Positions 39,601 to 48,224 of a stretch of DNA of 64,000 nt are shown here, in pieces. The notes beneath the pieces are model-generated. The model ran no database searches, was not told the DNA's origin, and worked only from the letters and a program-made list of their open reading frames with translations. Each line of letters begins with the position of its first letter. Within the stretch, counting starts at the first letter, position 1. This stretch comes from a virus (lineage: Duplodnaviria > Caudoviricetes): the IMG/VR virus record IMGVR_UViG_3300017909_004705. One strand, written 5' to 3'. A program made the position numbers and the translations under genes.

Positions 39601-40109
39601 AACAGTTGTCCTGTCTGGTTGGCCGCGTTAAGTATGGCTGTGAATTGTTCTCTGTAGTTTGAGTTGGCAGAATCATTCCATATGATTGTGCTGTTCGCTA
39701 GATTTGTTCCGGTGCTGTCTAGTACGTCCTGCGTGGTTGAAATAGAATCTATCTTCAACAATCCTGTGGCTGGCTTGTTTCTCTTTGCATTGTAGTTGAT
39801 TAATCTTGCTAATCTCAGCACAGAGTTTCTTCTCTCCGCTGTCTCGAGGAAATTTTCCCTTGCGTTCAAGTCCACCCTGAATGACAGTGCCTGGGAAATG
39901 TAGGCTATCAGATCTATTAGTGCAACGTATTCCGAACTTTCAACAAAGTCATTGAAATCGTCTGGATAGTTCTCCCTGAGATAGGCAACCATGGTCCTTC
40001 TAAGAGTCTCAAAGTCATAAGATTTGAAATCTGCCTGCTGGAAAGCCTGGTAGATCTTTCTCCAATCTTCCGCTACAAGTAATCTGTTCTGTCTATCTGT
40101 TGTGGCCAT
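36621..40109 (-). CDS. gp6: Baseplate wedge subunit, T4 gp6-like
   Basis: DFETLR...DFNDF.ESS...LIDLIAY...ENFLETAERRNSVLRLARLINY; FGDGNF; YSQNRMITAEDY. Confidence 0.85.
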   Translation of the reverse strand: MATTDRQNRLLVAEDWRKIYQAFQQADFKSYDFETLRRTMVAYLRENYPDDFNDFVESSEYVALIDLIAYISQALSFRVDLNARENFLETAERRNSVLRLARLINYNAKRNKPATGLLKIDSISTTQDVLDSTGTNLANSTIIWNDSANSNYREQFTAILNAANQTGQLFGNPRESGQIGGIDTEVYTLSSNQLDLPIFKFSKSVGGISRGFEIVSSRITGSDSIYESDPVPGSGLTYTYRSDGSGDSSNNTGFFFLFKQGTLQQTDFTIDASVTNFVKPLDITNVNDTDVWLYKLDQFGQIAEVWNKVPALSGNNAIYNSLSRSERNIYNVVTKNDDAVDLVFGDGNFSNIPLGSFRAYVRVSDNAKYAIQSSDMQNVQLTVPYTDANGAQQSLTMTISLKAAVYNAAATETNDSIKEKASQVYYSQNRMITAEDYQVVPLSASQEIVKVRSVNRSASGISRAKEILDPTGAYSNVSTFAEDGILYREESTQQFTFTFNNRSDIQSTIDADIEAKLKNAYARQFYYLKYATKDVSGLTATWNSTTTSTNTNTGFFTSGGALVIGDSATSNLKYAKPGALIKFTSPDTREFLNNTLVTAGTDEAEDRLWAKIGAVVLDGANGGKGNLETGVGPVTLNNVVPDGSVINAIIPNLTTSFSSTLETDIIDRIEAFEEFGLRYDVDSESWKVITSTNLSTSSVFSLADTGSITGTNADASWWFKFTNDGNTYTVQYRKLDYIFESESQNKFHYDVEERIYDYKTGKSVKDTVKLLKTNSIVSTGNSVGYPITWQVVDTVTESDGFQDNRKVQVGFFDDDDDGVVDNPELFDIIIEPTLAESTKFVFFEKYTSYDNIERFRPYAASNFVVSEKEADITLSSATYSDNQLFYFYASDEDVIKKYDSTTNTLSTSTDYIARKGRSSLSFQYKHHAGQETRIDPSVSNIVDVYMLERTYDNLFRIYLQDGGTAPETSTSDQLRINYSGILNPLKSLSDQIVYHPVKYKVLFGSTANEELQATFKVVKNPKTNVSDAVIKTRVIAAINEFFALDNWDFGDSFYFTELAAYVHNELAPDLLTVVIVPNQSGQSFGSLFQLNSAADEIFISGATVDDVSIITALGANQLAASGSVVTSVSTATTNSTTGSAVSGSTTTGSGSSSSSGSSGSGY

Positions 40110-40123
40110 TGTATATACAACGG

Positions 40124-40131
40124 TATTTATA
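40124..40131 (-). promoter_or_regulatory. T4-type late promoter TATAAATA
   Basis: Exact TATTTATA on the plus strand, 14 bp upstream of the gp6-like start. Confidence 0.75.
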
Positions 40132-40151
40132 TGTTAGGAAATGTGCGTATA

Positions 40152-40565
40152 TTAAGATAGACGCAATAGAGAGTTTTCGTCGAAATTAAACCGCAGTTTT
40201 TCAGTGATATTCAAAGGAACATAGGTGATGGTTGCCTGTATGGCTATGCCCTTATCGGCCTCTGTTACCAAAATTTCTTCTGTGGAGATCCTTGGATCTG
40301 CGTTGAGATTCGCTGTTATATCCTCAACAATGGCCTCCTTAAGATCGTCCGTGAATGGTTCAAATATTGCGTCATATATGATTGTGCCAAAATCAGGATT
40401 CTCAACCCTTTCGCCTTTACGCACACTCAATCGGTTGATCAGTCCTTGCTTGGCAACCTCGAAATCATAAAGTTTGAAGTTCCGCTTATCTGCACGTGAA
40501 CTAAAACCTTTAAAGGTCACTGTTTTGTTTGATAAGTCTCCTGTTCCTGAATCTCCGTATGCCAT
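40152..40565 (-). CDS. gp25: Baseplate wedge subunit gp25/GPW family
   Basis: RKGERVENPDFGTIIYDAIFEP...DPRI. Confidence 0.88.
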   Translation of the reverse strand: MAYGDSGTGDLSNKTVTFKGFSSRADKRNFKLYDFEVAKQGLINRLSVRKGERVENPDFGTIIYDAIFEPFTDDLKEAIVEDITANLNADPRISTEEILVTEADKGIAIQATITYVPLNITEKLRFNFDENSLLRLS

Positions 40566-40581
40566 ACTGTATATTTACTTT

Positions 40582-42531
40582 CTAAAACCTAAAAAAACTT
40601 CTCACTGCACTTATGCCTGTGTTAACAAATGATGCAACTTTTCCTTGGACAAAACTCATCACCGCCTCCTTAGGATCTAAATTGATTAACTTTTCAATTT
40701 GATCTGCCTTGGTAACAAGCGAGTTAAGATTTTTAACAGGCAATTTAATCTTATCATTTAGATTGACGACCCTTGCCAGTTTATTAGATACTGCCTTGAT
40801 AGATCTTTGTTTTAATAGTTCAGTTTTGATAACTTTAAATTCTGTGGCAGAAATTCCTAGGGCGTCCAAGTTCGCTATTGGCAGTTTGATCTTAATGTTG
40901 AGTTTGCCCAGTTGATCTGCCACTGCCTTGATGCTTGGCTGTTCCATCAACTCCGCTTTGATACGTTCCAATTCAGTGGATGAAATTTCTGGATTTGTTC
41001 TCTTGATCTGTTCTATGATGTCATTAACAACACTTGCTTTCTTGATCTCTGCCATTGCTTCGTTGATGAATGTTTTTATTCTCTGAGTGCTACTCTGCCT
41101 GTCATATGGCTCATGTGTAACAAAATCAGATACCGTAGTCCTGTTTTCGATCTTGTTAGGCTTGCCTTGCAAGATGGCTTGGTCATCGTCTATGTCAATT
41201 AAGCCTTCTGTGACCCTTATCCCTATTGCATCGGGTTTGAGCCAACTTGGTCCCCATTGTTTACTAGCATTCTGTGAATTGAAGTGTACTTGCGACCCTG
41301 CCAAATGAATCTGGCCACTGGCCCCATGTAGTTGTGTGCCATCTGTGAACGAGGATATGCCGTCTCTGGCATAGTGCCTCACCGCACCTCCCTGTGAACT
41401 GTTCAATATACCTTTTTGTCCCATTGCAAACAGATATCCTTCTGCGTTGATTCCAACATTTGTTTCTGACGTAAAGTTTATTACTCCCTTGGCGTGAAAA
41501 TTAATGTTCATGTCTGAGTGCAGGTTGAAATCTCGACTTGTTCTCATATTGATTCCTCCATCGGAGTATAGGCTTACAGTACCATCCCTGTCCATCTCTA
41601 TGAATGCCTTACCTGACCCATTAGCGATATACACCACGCCGTCTGTGTCGTGCATCAACAATTGGTGTCCCGATGCCGTCCTCAATCTGGTGAGTTGATT
41701 AGTTCCATCCTGTGCACCGTCGTCCATGACGAAACTGTGTCCTGGATCTCTGTCTGTCTTGATTTTAACATTCGATAAACCTATGTTCAACACACGTGAA
41801 TCATCACGTATCCTACCTGGGGTGTTCATGCCAAACACCCTGCTAGGAGATTCCCTACGAGCACTAGATGAGGTTGTGCCACGCACTGTGTCCTGTACCA
41901 GACCTTGTGCAGTCAGTTGATCTGCAAGTATGTCATTTATCGGGTATCTCCAATTCGCTAGATTGCTAAGAGTCTCGCCGTCCTGATATCTTCTTTGATT
42001 TTTTTCTCCCGCGGGAAGGAAATCCGTGCCGTAATTTGTTTGACCGCTTATTCTCCGCTCTCTGTTAGTTGATCCAGAATACTCTGTACGTGATGAAGAA
42101 CCGTTTGCAGGGACCTGTTGATTAACAAGTGGTTTCTGTACGCAACCTATCCAGAATGCGGTGTTGTTTGACTGTTCTCCCTTGGCAAATATCACCAACA
42201 CGTCGGTGTCTATGTCGGGTGGTACCGCCCACATGCCATAACTGTGTTGTGTAGTTTTGTAACTGAATGGATCACTGTTGCTGACCGCGTTTATACTTTT
42301 GGCTCCGTAAAATGGCGAAAGGTACTGGCACCATATTATCTGCTCAGGACCTGGGTTAGTTGTCAACGTGAGGGCAGGTATGTTCACACCAAGTCGACCC
42401 ATCCTCAGTGGATCATTGGTGACCTTGACCGTCGCTATGTACGGACCCGCATCATTGTCAACGAACTTCTCTTTGAAGTCCTTCTGGTTGTCCTGTGTGT
42501 CTGTGAATCCTCTTGAATCGCTGTATGACAT
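40582..42531 (-). CDS. Baseplate central spike, gp5-like (OB fold plus beta-helix, no lysozyme domain evident)
   Basis: NDPLRMGRLGVNIP, YGMWAVPPD, GHSFVMDDG, RLRTASGHQLLMHD, THEPY. Confidence 0.8.
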   Translation of the reverse strand: MSYSDSRGFTDTQDNQKDFKEKFVDNDAGPYIATVKVTNDPLRMGRLGVNIPALTLTTNPGPEQIIWCQYLSPFYGAKSINAVSNSDPFSYKTTQHSYGMWAVPPDIDTDVLVIFAKGEQSNNTAFWIGCVQKPLVNQQVPANGSSSRTEYSGSTNRERRISGQTNYGTDFLPAGEKNQRRYQDGETLSNLANWRYPINDILADQLTAQGLVQDTVRGTTSSSARRESPSRVFGMNTPGRIRDDSRVLNIGLSNVKIKTDRDPGHSFVMDDGAQDGTNQLTRLRTASGHQLLMHDTDGVVYIANGSGKAFIEMDRDGTVSLYSDGGINMRTSRDFNLHSDMNINFHAKGVINFTSETNVGINAEGYLFAMGQKGILNSSQGGAVRHYARDGISSFTDGTQLHGASGQIHLAGSQVHFNSQNASKQWGPSWLKPDAIGIRVTEGLIDIDDDQAILQGKPNKIENRTTVSDFVTHEPYDRQSSTQRIKTFINEAMAEIKKASVVNDIIEQIKRTNPEISSTELERIKAELMEQPSIKAVADQLGKLNIKIKLPIANLDALGISATEFKVIKTELLKQRSIKAVSNKLARVVNLNDKIKLPVKNLNSLVTKADQIEKLINLDPKEAVMSFVQGKVASFVNTGISAVRSFFRF

Positions 42532-42553
42532 ACTTTAATTTATACTCCTAAAT

Positions 42554-44740
42554 TTATGATGATAAATTTGTTATATCACCTACTTGGTCTGTTATTTTTT
42601 TAAGTGCTTTGTCCTTGAGTTTCCTTTTCTCATCGGCTATGTTGACTTCTTTTTGGATCTCAGTGATTTCGGAAATAGCAGAGTTTGCCAACACAGGGGC
42701 AACTCCTTTGCCCTGCTGGTTGTCGAACCTGCTACAGTGCAGTGTCTGAGTGAACTGCCCTTGGTTGAAACTGCTTTCTATCTTGTTGACCTGGTATAGC
42801 CCATTGAAGAACAGGTTCTCGTCTCTGAAGCGTTTGCCTTGACCATTGAACATAGTTCCTTCTTTCTCGTCTATGTCATCCGGCAGTCTGTACCTAACAT
42901 TGATGATGGGTTGGAATTGGTCAGCGTTGAACCCACCAGATGCTGTGTCGTACACTTCGTTCTTATTACCAAACGCTACGGTGCCCTTGGGACCAAGAGG
43001 CACGTACATGTCCTGGCAGATGTATGTGGGATCTCCCAGTATGTCAAGCTCGATCCTCATCATATCAACATCCGGGTTGGTGAGATAATCATAAAACTGC
43101 TGTGCCTTGTTGTCCTCACCTGCCACCGACGATAGTGTGTTTACACCCTTGATGCTGGAAGGATACTGTCTCAATGGTAGCAACGGTTCTGGATCTCTCT
43201 CACGTCCAAACACGTTTTTAAATGCTTCACCCACGTGTGTGAATAGTCCTTTCTCCACATAATCTTTGTCATCGCCCCTTACGTTACGTCTGTAGTAGGC
43301 AGTCTTGTAGTTGATCCTCAGACCTTGCACGTCCACGTTGTCACCTGTGTATATGAAATCGTATTCTTTGTGAACCATTCTACTCCAATCAACGTTGGCA
43401 ACGCTGATTCCTGGTGCAATTAATTTTAATATGTGTATCCTGAAGGGTATGGCCCTGTATATTATAATTTTAGGAGACATCTTTGTTATGGGATCAATAC
43501 GCTCGGGGTCTGGAGTTAAGACAGTGGTCTTTATCTTGAACCAGTCGACATACTGGTTGTTTACCAGTGTCTTCTCGAAATCTTTACTTTTGAATATAGC
43601 GGATAATTTTTGCGGATCTTTCAAAGTGGCGTTGTCATATTTTCCTGTGCTTCTGAGATAAGTGGTCCAAAAACTCTGTGCCAATTCTTGGAAACCGGTA
43701 CCGCTCCTGACGGCGTCTTCGAACCATTTTGTCATGGCAATGCCACCGCTGGCCTGTGCAGATGCTTTTTTACCGTCCGGGTACGTTATTGAATCTAACG
43801 AATAGGTGTCTTCAGAATCTGACACAGAACCACTGTTGTTGGCCGATTGTGTTTCATTTTTGTATTTTCCAGCGTTTTCGAACACCTCTGGATCTATTTC
43901 AAACTTGTATATGTCCTCATAGAGCCTTACCTTTTCTTTGATCTCATCCTCCATCTGTTTTTTGAGTACACGTTCCGCACTCCTGGCCCATTCATTTACA
44001 TCGTCGGCTTCTAATGGCATTCCTGTTCGTGGAAATTTATACCTGTCATCATAGGCCAGATCTGTGTAGGGCACTGCCACCACGGTATACCTCGCACCAC
44101 CTTCCGTGACATCCAAGTCCACCCTGCTGATCAGTATTGGAATCTTTCTTGTGTGGCTCTTGTTGGTGCTGTGTTGTGCGTATGCCCGGCCGTGTTCATC
44201 GACTCCCTTGAATTCTATTGTAAACAATAATGGGGCATCTTGGTAGTCCAGGAAGCCATTGAGTGCTGTGCAGGCCCTTACCTTTTCTATGAATGTTATA
44301 CCAAAAGGTTCATGTATCTCAAATTCCATTTTTGTGAAGTTTCCGAGGTTTCGTTCTGGGTTTGGACCCACAGTCGATATCATGTTCACGTTTTCAATAA
44401 AAAGATCATGATTACGTGCCAAAATATCTATGCTATCTTGATAGTTCTCATAGAACTTTTGCCTGTCCTTCTGCTTAGATAAGATCTCCACTACACTGTT
44501 GTTTTGGGCTTTGAATTCTCTTGTGGTCACATGGCTCCCGTCACCAATACCTCCGGTACGTGCAATGATGTCATGCACAGGATTTGTTAAAAATTTTCTT
44601 GATTGGTATTCGTTCTCTGTAATACCACTCAAAGTGAATATGGTGTTAAAAGAAGCGTACTGGTGCAGTACGTTCGGTTTTAGGAATGGCTTTGAGACCT
44701 TGCCGGATCCTCGAACATTGTTTTCATAGAATGATGACAT
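42554..44740 (-). CDS. Baseplate hub protein (gp27-like)
   Basis: EPFGITF, YDFIYTGDNVDV, LDILGDP, GLYQVNKIESSFNQGQFTQTL; position next to the gp5-like gene. Confidence 0.65.
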   Translation of the reverse strand: MSSFYENNVRGSGKVSKPFLKPNVLHQYASFNTIFTLSGITENEYQSRKFLTNPVHDIIARTGGIGDGSHVTTREFKAQNNSVVEILSKQKDRQKFYENYQDSIDILARNHDLFIENVNMISTVGPNPERNLGNFTKMEFEIHEPFGITFIEKVRACTALNGFLDYQDAPLLFTIEFKGVDEHGRAYAQHSTNKSHTRKIPILISRVDLDVTEGGARYTVVAVPYTDLAYDDRYKFPRTGMPLEADDVNEWARSAERVLKKQMEDEIKEKVRLYEDIYKFEIDPEVFENAGKYKNETQSANNSGSVSDSEDTYSLDSITYPDGKKASAQASGGIAMTKWFEDAVRSGTGFQELAQSFWTTYLRSTGKYDNATLKDPQKLSAIFKSKDFEKTLVNNQYVDWFKIKTTVLTPDPERIDPITKMSPKIIIYRAIPFRIHILKLIAPGISVANVDWSRMVHKEYDFIYTGDNVDVQGLRINYKTAYYRRNVRGDDKDYVEKGLFTHVGEAFKNVFGRERDPEPLLPLRQYPSSIKGVNTLSSVAGEDNKAQQFYDYLTNPDVDMMRIELDILGDPTYICQDMYVPLGPKGTVAFGNKNEVYDTASGGFNADQFQPIINVRYRLPDDIDEKEGTMFNGQGKRFRDENLFFNGLYQVNKIESSFNQGQFTQTLHCSRFDNQQGKGVAPVLANSAISEITEIQKEVNIADEKRKLKDKALKKITDQVGDITNLSS

Positions 44741-44743
44741 CTA

Positions 44744-45043
44744 TTATATCCCTAGGTCGGTGTTCACGTTGCCTGGCTTAGGCAGTTGTATTGTGACTCC
44801 TGGTTTGAAATCGTAGATTGGATCCTCTATCTGGTCTGGATTACGCTGTGCGAACACCCACCATAGCCTCGGGGTGCCATAGAGGTCAAAGGCCAGCAGA
44901 TCTGGTCTGTATGCGTAAGTTCTTTCTATAGTGTATGATTGATCATCATCCTCTGCCGTGATGGTCCTTGGCACGAATGTCTCTAAATTAATCTCGTTCT
45001 GTGGAGTTGAGAAGTAGGGTGATGTCGCTGAATACTTGGCCAT
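44744..45043 (-). CDS. Baseplate wedge subunit gp53-like (LysM-like)
   Basis: YRPDLLAFDLYGTPRLWWVFAQRN. Confidence 0.8.
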   Translation of the reverse strand: MAKYSATSPYFSTPQNEINLETFVPRTITAEDDDQSYTIERTYAYRPDLLAFDLYGTPRLWWVFAQRNPDQIEDPIYDFKPGVTIQLPKPGNVNTDLGI

Positions 45044-45870
45044 TAAATGAATCCTATGTCGCCTTCCCCCTTGCCACTCAGTTCACCACGAGCAAATTCT
45101 GACAGAGAGAATTTTTTGAGAGATTCTCTGCTGTACACTGGCGTTACCAAAACTGAAATGTTAGACAGTGTGGGAGCCCATGACTGTGACTCACCTGCAA
45201 TAACTGCCTGCTGGAAGCCAGCGTCTGCGCCATTCAGTTGCCTGTATGGGGTGTTTGACTGTTTTGTAGAAATGTAATCAATACCTGGTCTCAGTTCAAC
45301 GTTGAATGTGTTTACCACCACGGGCACTTTGTTGAACACATGATCACCGTAGCCCGACATGTGCATGATCGGTGGTGGATTGCCCTTTAGTGGTTGGCTA
45401 TCTTTTCCGAAATACATCTTAGTAATAGTCCTTAGGAAATTGACGGTTGCCACCCAGTGCTTGGCATCATCAGAATTTTGTACAGGAAATTCGCCAATTA
45501 TGTTGTATGAGTCCACCTGTGAATTTTGGTAAGCCTGAAATGGATAGTTGCTGTGTGTCTGTGACAACGGATTGTAATTCGCGGAGTGCTGTATGACCAC
45601 AGCAGGCGTCAACGGCCAAAATACACCACGTGATGGAATCAATGGGGCCATTAATTCGTTGTTACGTAAAATGGAGTCATAGACCTGGTTAGCGTTTGTT
45701 GGGATCTGTAGCCGCACACGCCAGTCTGTTTTGTCACCTCTTCCTGACCATTTGGCCCTTGCTTGTACCAGCCTGTTGTCAGGATTTATACCCGCACCCG
45801 TCAATCTGCCCAGGGTCCTGTTGAATATGCCCTGTCCCACGTTCTTTATTACCTTGCCAAGTGTTGCCAT
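45043..45870 (-). CDS. Baseplate tail-tube initiator/cap (gp48/gp54-like)
   Basis: P.TP...SANY...HSNY...FLRTITKM.FG...GNPPP....GYG..VFNKVPVVV. Confidence 0.6.
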   Translation of the reverse strand: MATLGKVIKNVGQGIFNRTLGRLTGAGINPDNRLVQARAKWSGRGDKTDWRVRLQIPTNANQVYDSILRNNELMAPLIPSRGVFWPLTPAVVIQHSANYNPLSQTHSNYPFQAYQNSQVDSYNIIGEFPVQNSDDAKHWVATVNFLRTITKMYFGKDSQPLKGNPPPIMHMSGYGDHVFNKVPVVVNTFNVELRPGIDYISTKQSNTPYRQLNGADAGFQQAVIAGESQSWAPTLSNISVLVTPVYSRESLKKFSLSEFARGELSGKGEGDIGFI

Positions 45871-45878
45871 CTAAATGG

Positions 45879-45907
45879 TTGCTTTCCTTCGTAAAATTTC
45901 GTATACT
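45879..45907 (+). promoter_or_regulatory. Sigma70-type promoter TTGCTT-N17-TATACT for gp55-gp47-gp46
   Basis: Exact 17-bp spacing, about 100 bp upstream of gp55. Confidence 0.65.
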
Positions 45908-45914
45908 TTAACTA

Positions 45915-45922
45915 TATTTATA
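45915..45922 (-). promoter_or_regulatory. T4-type late promoter TATAAATA for the baseplate operon
   Basis: TATTTATA on the plus strand upstream of 45870. Confidence 0.7.
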
Positions 45923-46009
45923 GGCATTATTTTAGGCGCACTTAATTCACCATACGGCACGATTCAACAGACCTGTTTGTGGTCATTTCAACGACAATGA
46001 AAGATAATT

Positions 46010-46993
46010 ATGAAACGAGTGAAATACCTAAACAACCGAGATCTGTTGGCACAGATACACGCCAGCAAAAACACATACTGCTCTTACGTCACACCTGAGG
46101 ACGCACAGTATGACCTGATAGTACCCAACTTGAAAAAGATCAACGCAAGTGCAGTGGCACAGGCAAGGAAGATGAAGGCCAAAAGGCTGACCCAGGAAGC
46201 ATGGGAACAGGCCAAGGAGGCAGGGCTAAAGAAAATTAAATTGGCCGACTACACAGTTTCACCGAGAAAGATAGACAAGACCGACCTGGTGTTCAGGGTC
46301 ATGATGTTCGATCACGTGCCCATGGACGACGAAAGAAAAAAGAATCCTAAAACGACAGCGGATCACCACAGCAAGGTGAACTTCCCTCCCTTCCAACACT
46401 ACAGATTCGACAAAAAAGACAAACTGGTGTGCGTGGGCAAATCACACTGGGTGGGCGGAATGAACAACGGACACTTCTCGTCAGACCATGGCAAGATGAC
46501 CAACCAGTTGGCCACGATGTACATGAAACTGTGTGAGAGATACGGAACAAGGGCAAACTGGAGAGGGTACACCTACAATGATGAGATGCAGTCACAGGCT
46601 CTGATGCAACTGTCACAGATCGGACTACAGTTTGATGAATCAAAATCAGACAACCCATTCGCATACTACACGGCGGCCATCACGAACAGTTTCACAAGGA
46701 TACTGAACATAGAAAAGAAAAATCAATCCATACGTGACGACCTGCTAGAATACAATGGCATGATGCCAAGTTTCACAAGACAAAATGAAAATGACGTAAG
46801 TGCACCATCGTACAAGAAGCGAATGAAGAATGTACACGGAGACGTACACGCTGTGAACAAAACAACATTAGCAAAACTTAACAAAGTTTTAAAGAAAAAA
46901 GGAAAACTTGACTCGGAAGATTTCAAAGATGTAAAATTCAAGAACAAAATAGACATGACAAATCACAAACCAACACTGAAGAAGAAATGGTAA
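46010..46993 (+). CDS. gp55: Late-transcription sigma factor, T4 gp55-like
   Basis: YLNNRDLL, NWRGYTYNDEM, FDESKSDNPFAYYT..I.NSF.R; located upstream of gp47/gp46 as in T4. Confidence 0.85.
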   Translation: MKRVKYLNNRDLLAQIHASKNTYCSYVTPEDAQYDLIVPNLKKINASAVAQARKMKAKRLTQEAWEQAKEAGLKKIKLADYTVSPRKIDKTDLVFRVMMFDHVPMDDERKKNPKTTADHHSKVNFPPFQHYRFDKKDKLVCVGKSHWVGGMNNGHFSSDHGKMTNQLATMYMKLCERYGTRANWRGYTYNDEMQSQALMQLSQIGLQFDESKSDNPFAYYTAAITNSFTRILNIEKKNQSIRDDLLEYNGMMPSFTRQNENDVSAPSYKKRMKNVHGDVHAVNKTTLAKLNKVLKKKGKLDSEDFKDVKFKNKIDMTNHKPTLKKKW

Positions 46994-46996
46994 CAT

Positions 46997-48016
46997 ATGT
47001 TTTTTAAGAAAGTAGCATGTTTCACTGACATACACTTTGGAATGAAAGGAAACAGTCGTGTACACAACGACGACTGTGAAGCGTTTATATATTGGTTCAT
47101 AGATCAGGCAAAACTGCACGGATGTGAGACCTGCATATTCCTTGGTGACTGGCATCACCACAGATCCGCCACAAACGTTTCCACAATGAACTACACAGTC
47201 TCCAACATGGAAAGATTAGGCAAAGCGTTCGAGAAAGTTTACGTGATAATGGGTAACCATGATCTATATTACAGAGACAAAAGAGAAATCAATTCAATGG
47301 AGTACATCAGAAACATTCCAAACATACAAATCGTTAACGAATGGTTGGTGGAAGACGATGTGGCAATCATACCATGGGTAGTGCAAGACGAATGGAAGAA
47401 AATTGCAAACATGAAACAGAAATACGTGTTCGGACACTTCGAATTGCCTTACTTCAAGATGAATGCCATGGTAGAAATGCCGGATGTTGGTGGCATACAA
47501 ACAGATCATTTTGCAGGATGTGGCAAAGTGTTCTCAGGACACTTTCACAAGAGACAGTACATGAAAAACGTGACATACATGGGCAATGCCTTTCCACACA
47601 ACTATGCAGATGCATGGGATGACGATCGTGGAATGATGGTGTTGGAATATGGTGGCGAGCCCAAATACATCAACTGGCCGGACATGCCAAGATACATCAC
47701 AATAAAAGTTTCAGAATTGCTGGAAGACCCAGACAAGTACCTAAAGCCAAAGATGTACGTGAGGGTGACGCTTGACATCAAAATTAGTTACGAAGAAGCA
47801 AACTTTGTAAGGGAAACATTCATAGACAAATATCAACTGAGGGAACTACAACTGATACCCGAGCAGGTGGACAACGCCCAGCAACCTTTGGTAGAAGTTC
47901 AGAAGTTTGACAGCGTGGATCAGATCGTAATCAAACAACTGCAAGGCGTAGACTCAGAAGTCTACGACAAGAATATATTAACGGCAATTTACAACGATTT
48001 AGATGTCACGCATTAG
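46997..48016 (+). CDS. gp47: Recombination endonuclease subunit (Mre11/SbcD-like)
   Basis: TDIHFG, GDWHH, GNHD, GHFE, SGHFH metallophosphoesterase motifs. Confidence 0.92.
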   Translation: MFFKKVACFTDIHFGMKGNSRVHNDDCEAFIYWFIDQAKLHGCETCIFLGDWHHHRSATNVSTMNYTVSNMERLGKAFEKVYVIMGNHDLYYRDKREINSMEYIRNIPNIQIVNEWLVEDDVAIIPWVVQDEWKKIANMKQKYVFGHFELPYFKMNAMVEMPDVGGIQTDHFAGCGKVFSGHFHKRQYMKNVTYMGNAFPHNYADAWDDDRGMMVLEYGGEPKYINWPDMPRYITIKVSELLEDPDKYLKPKMYVRVTLDIKISYEEANFVRETFIDKYQLRELQLIPEQVDNAQQPLVEVQKFDSVDQIVIKQLQGVDSEVYDKNILTAIYNDLDVTH

Positions 48017-48224
48017 TAAAAGGAAATTGTTAAAGGCCCTGAAAGGTGAATTAGAAGCACCAACCATGTCAGACACTATGATATTCGACATGTTCAAGAA
48101 TCCACCGAGCCAGGAAGAATGGCTCAAAGGCTACAAAAGATGGGTCCAACAACAGGACCTGACTGCGTTACCAGAGATAGAAAAGTTAATAAAAAAAAGT
48201 AAAAGAAAGAGAAAAAAGTGTTAA
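48003..48224 (+). CDS. Hypothetical basic protein
   Basis: 73-aa ORF overlapping the gp47 stop and the gp46 start. Confidence 0.55.
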   Translation: MSRISKRKLLKALKGELEAPTMSDTMIFDMFKNPPSQEEWLKGYKRWVQQQDLTALPEIEKLIKKSKRKRKKC

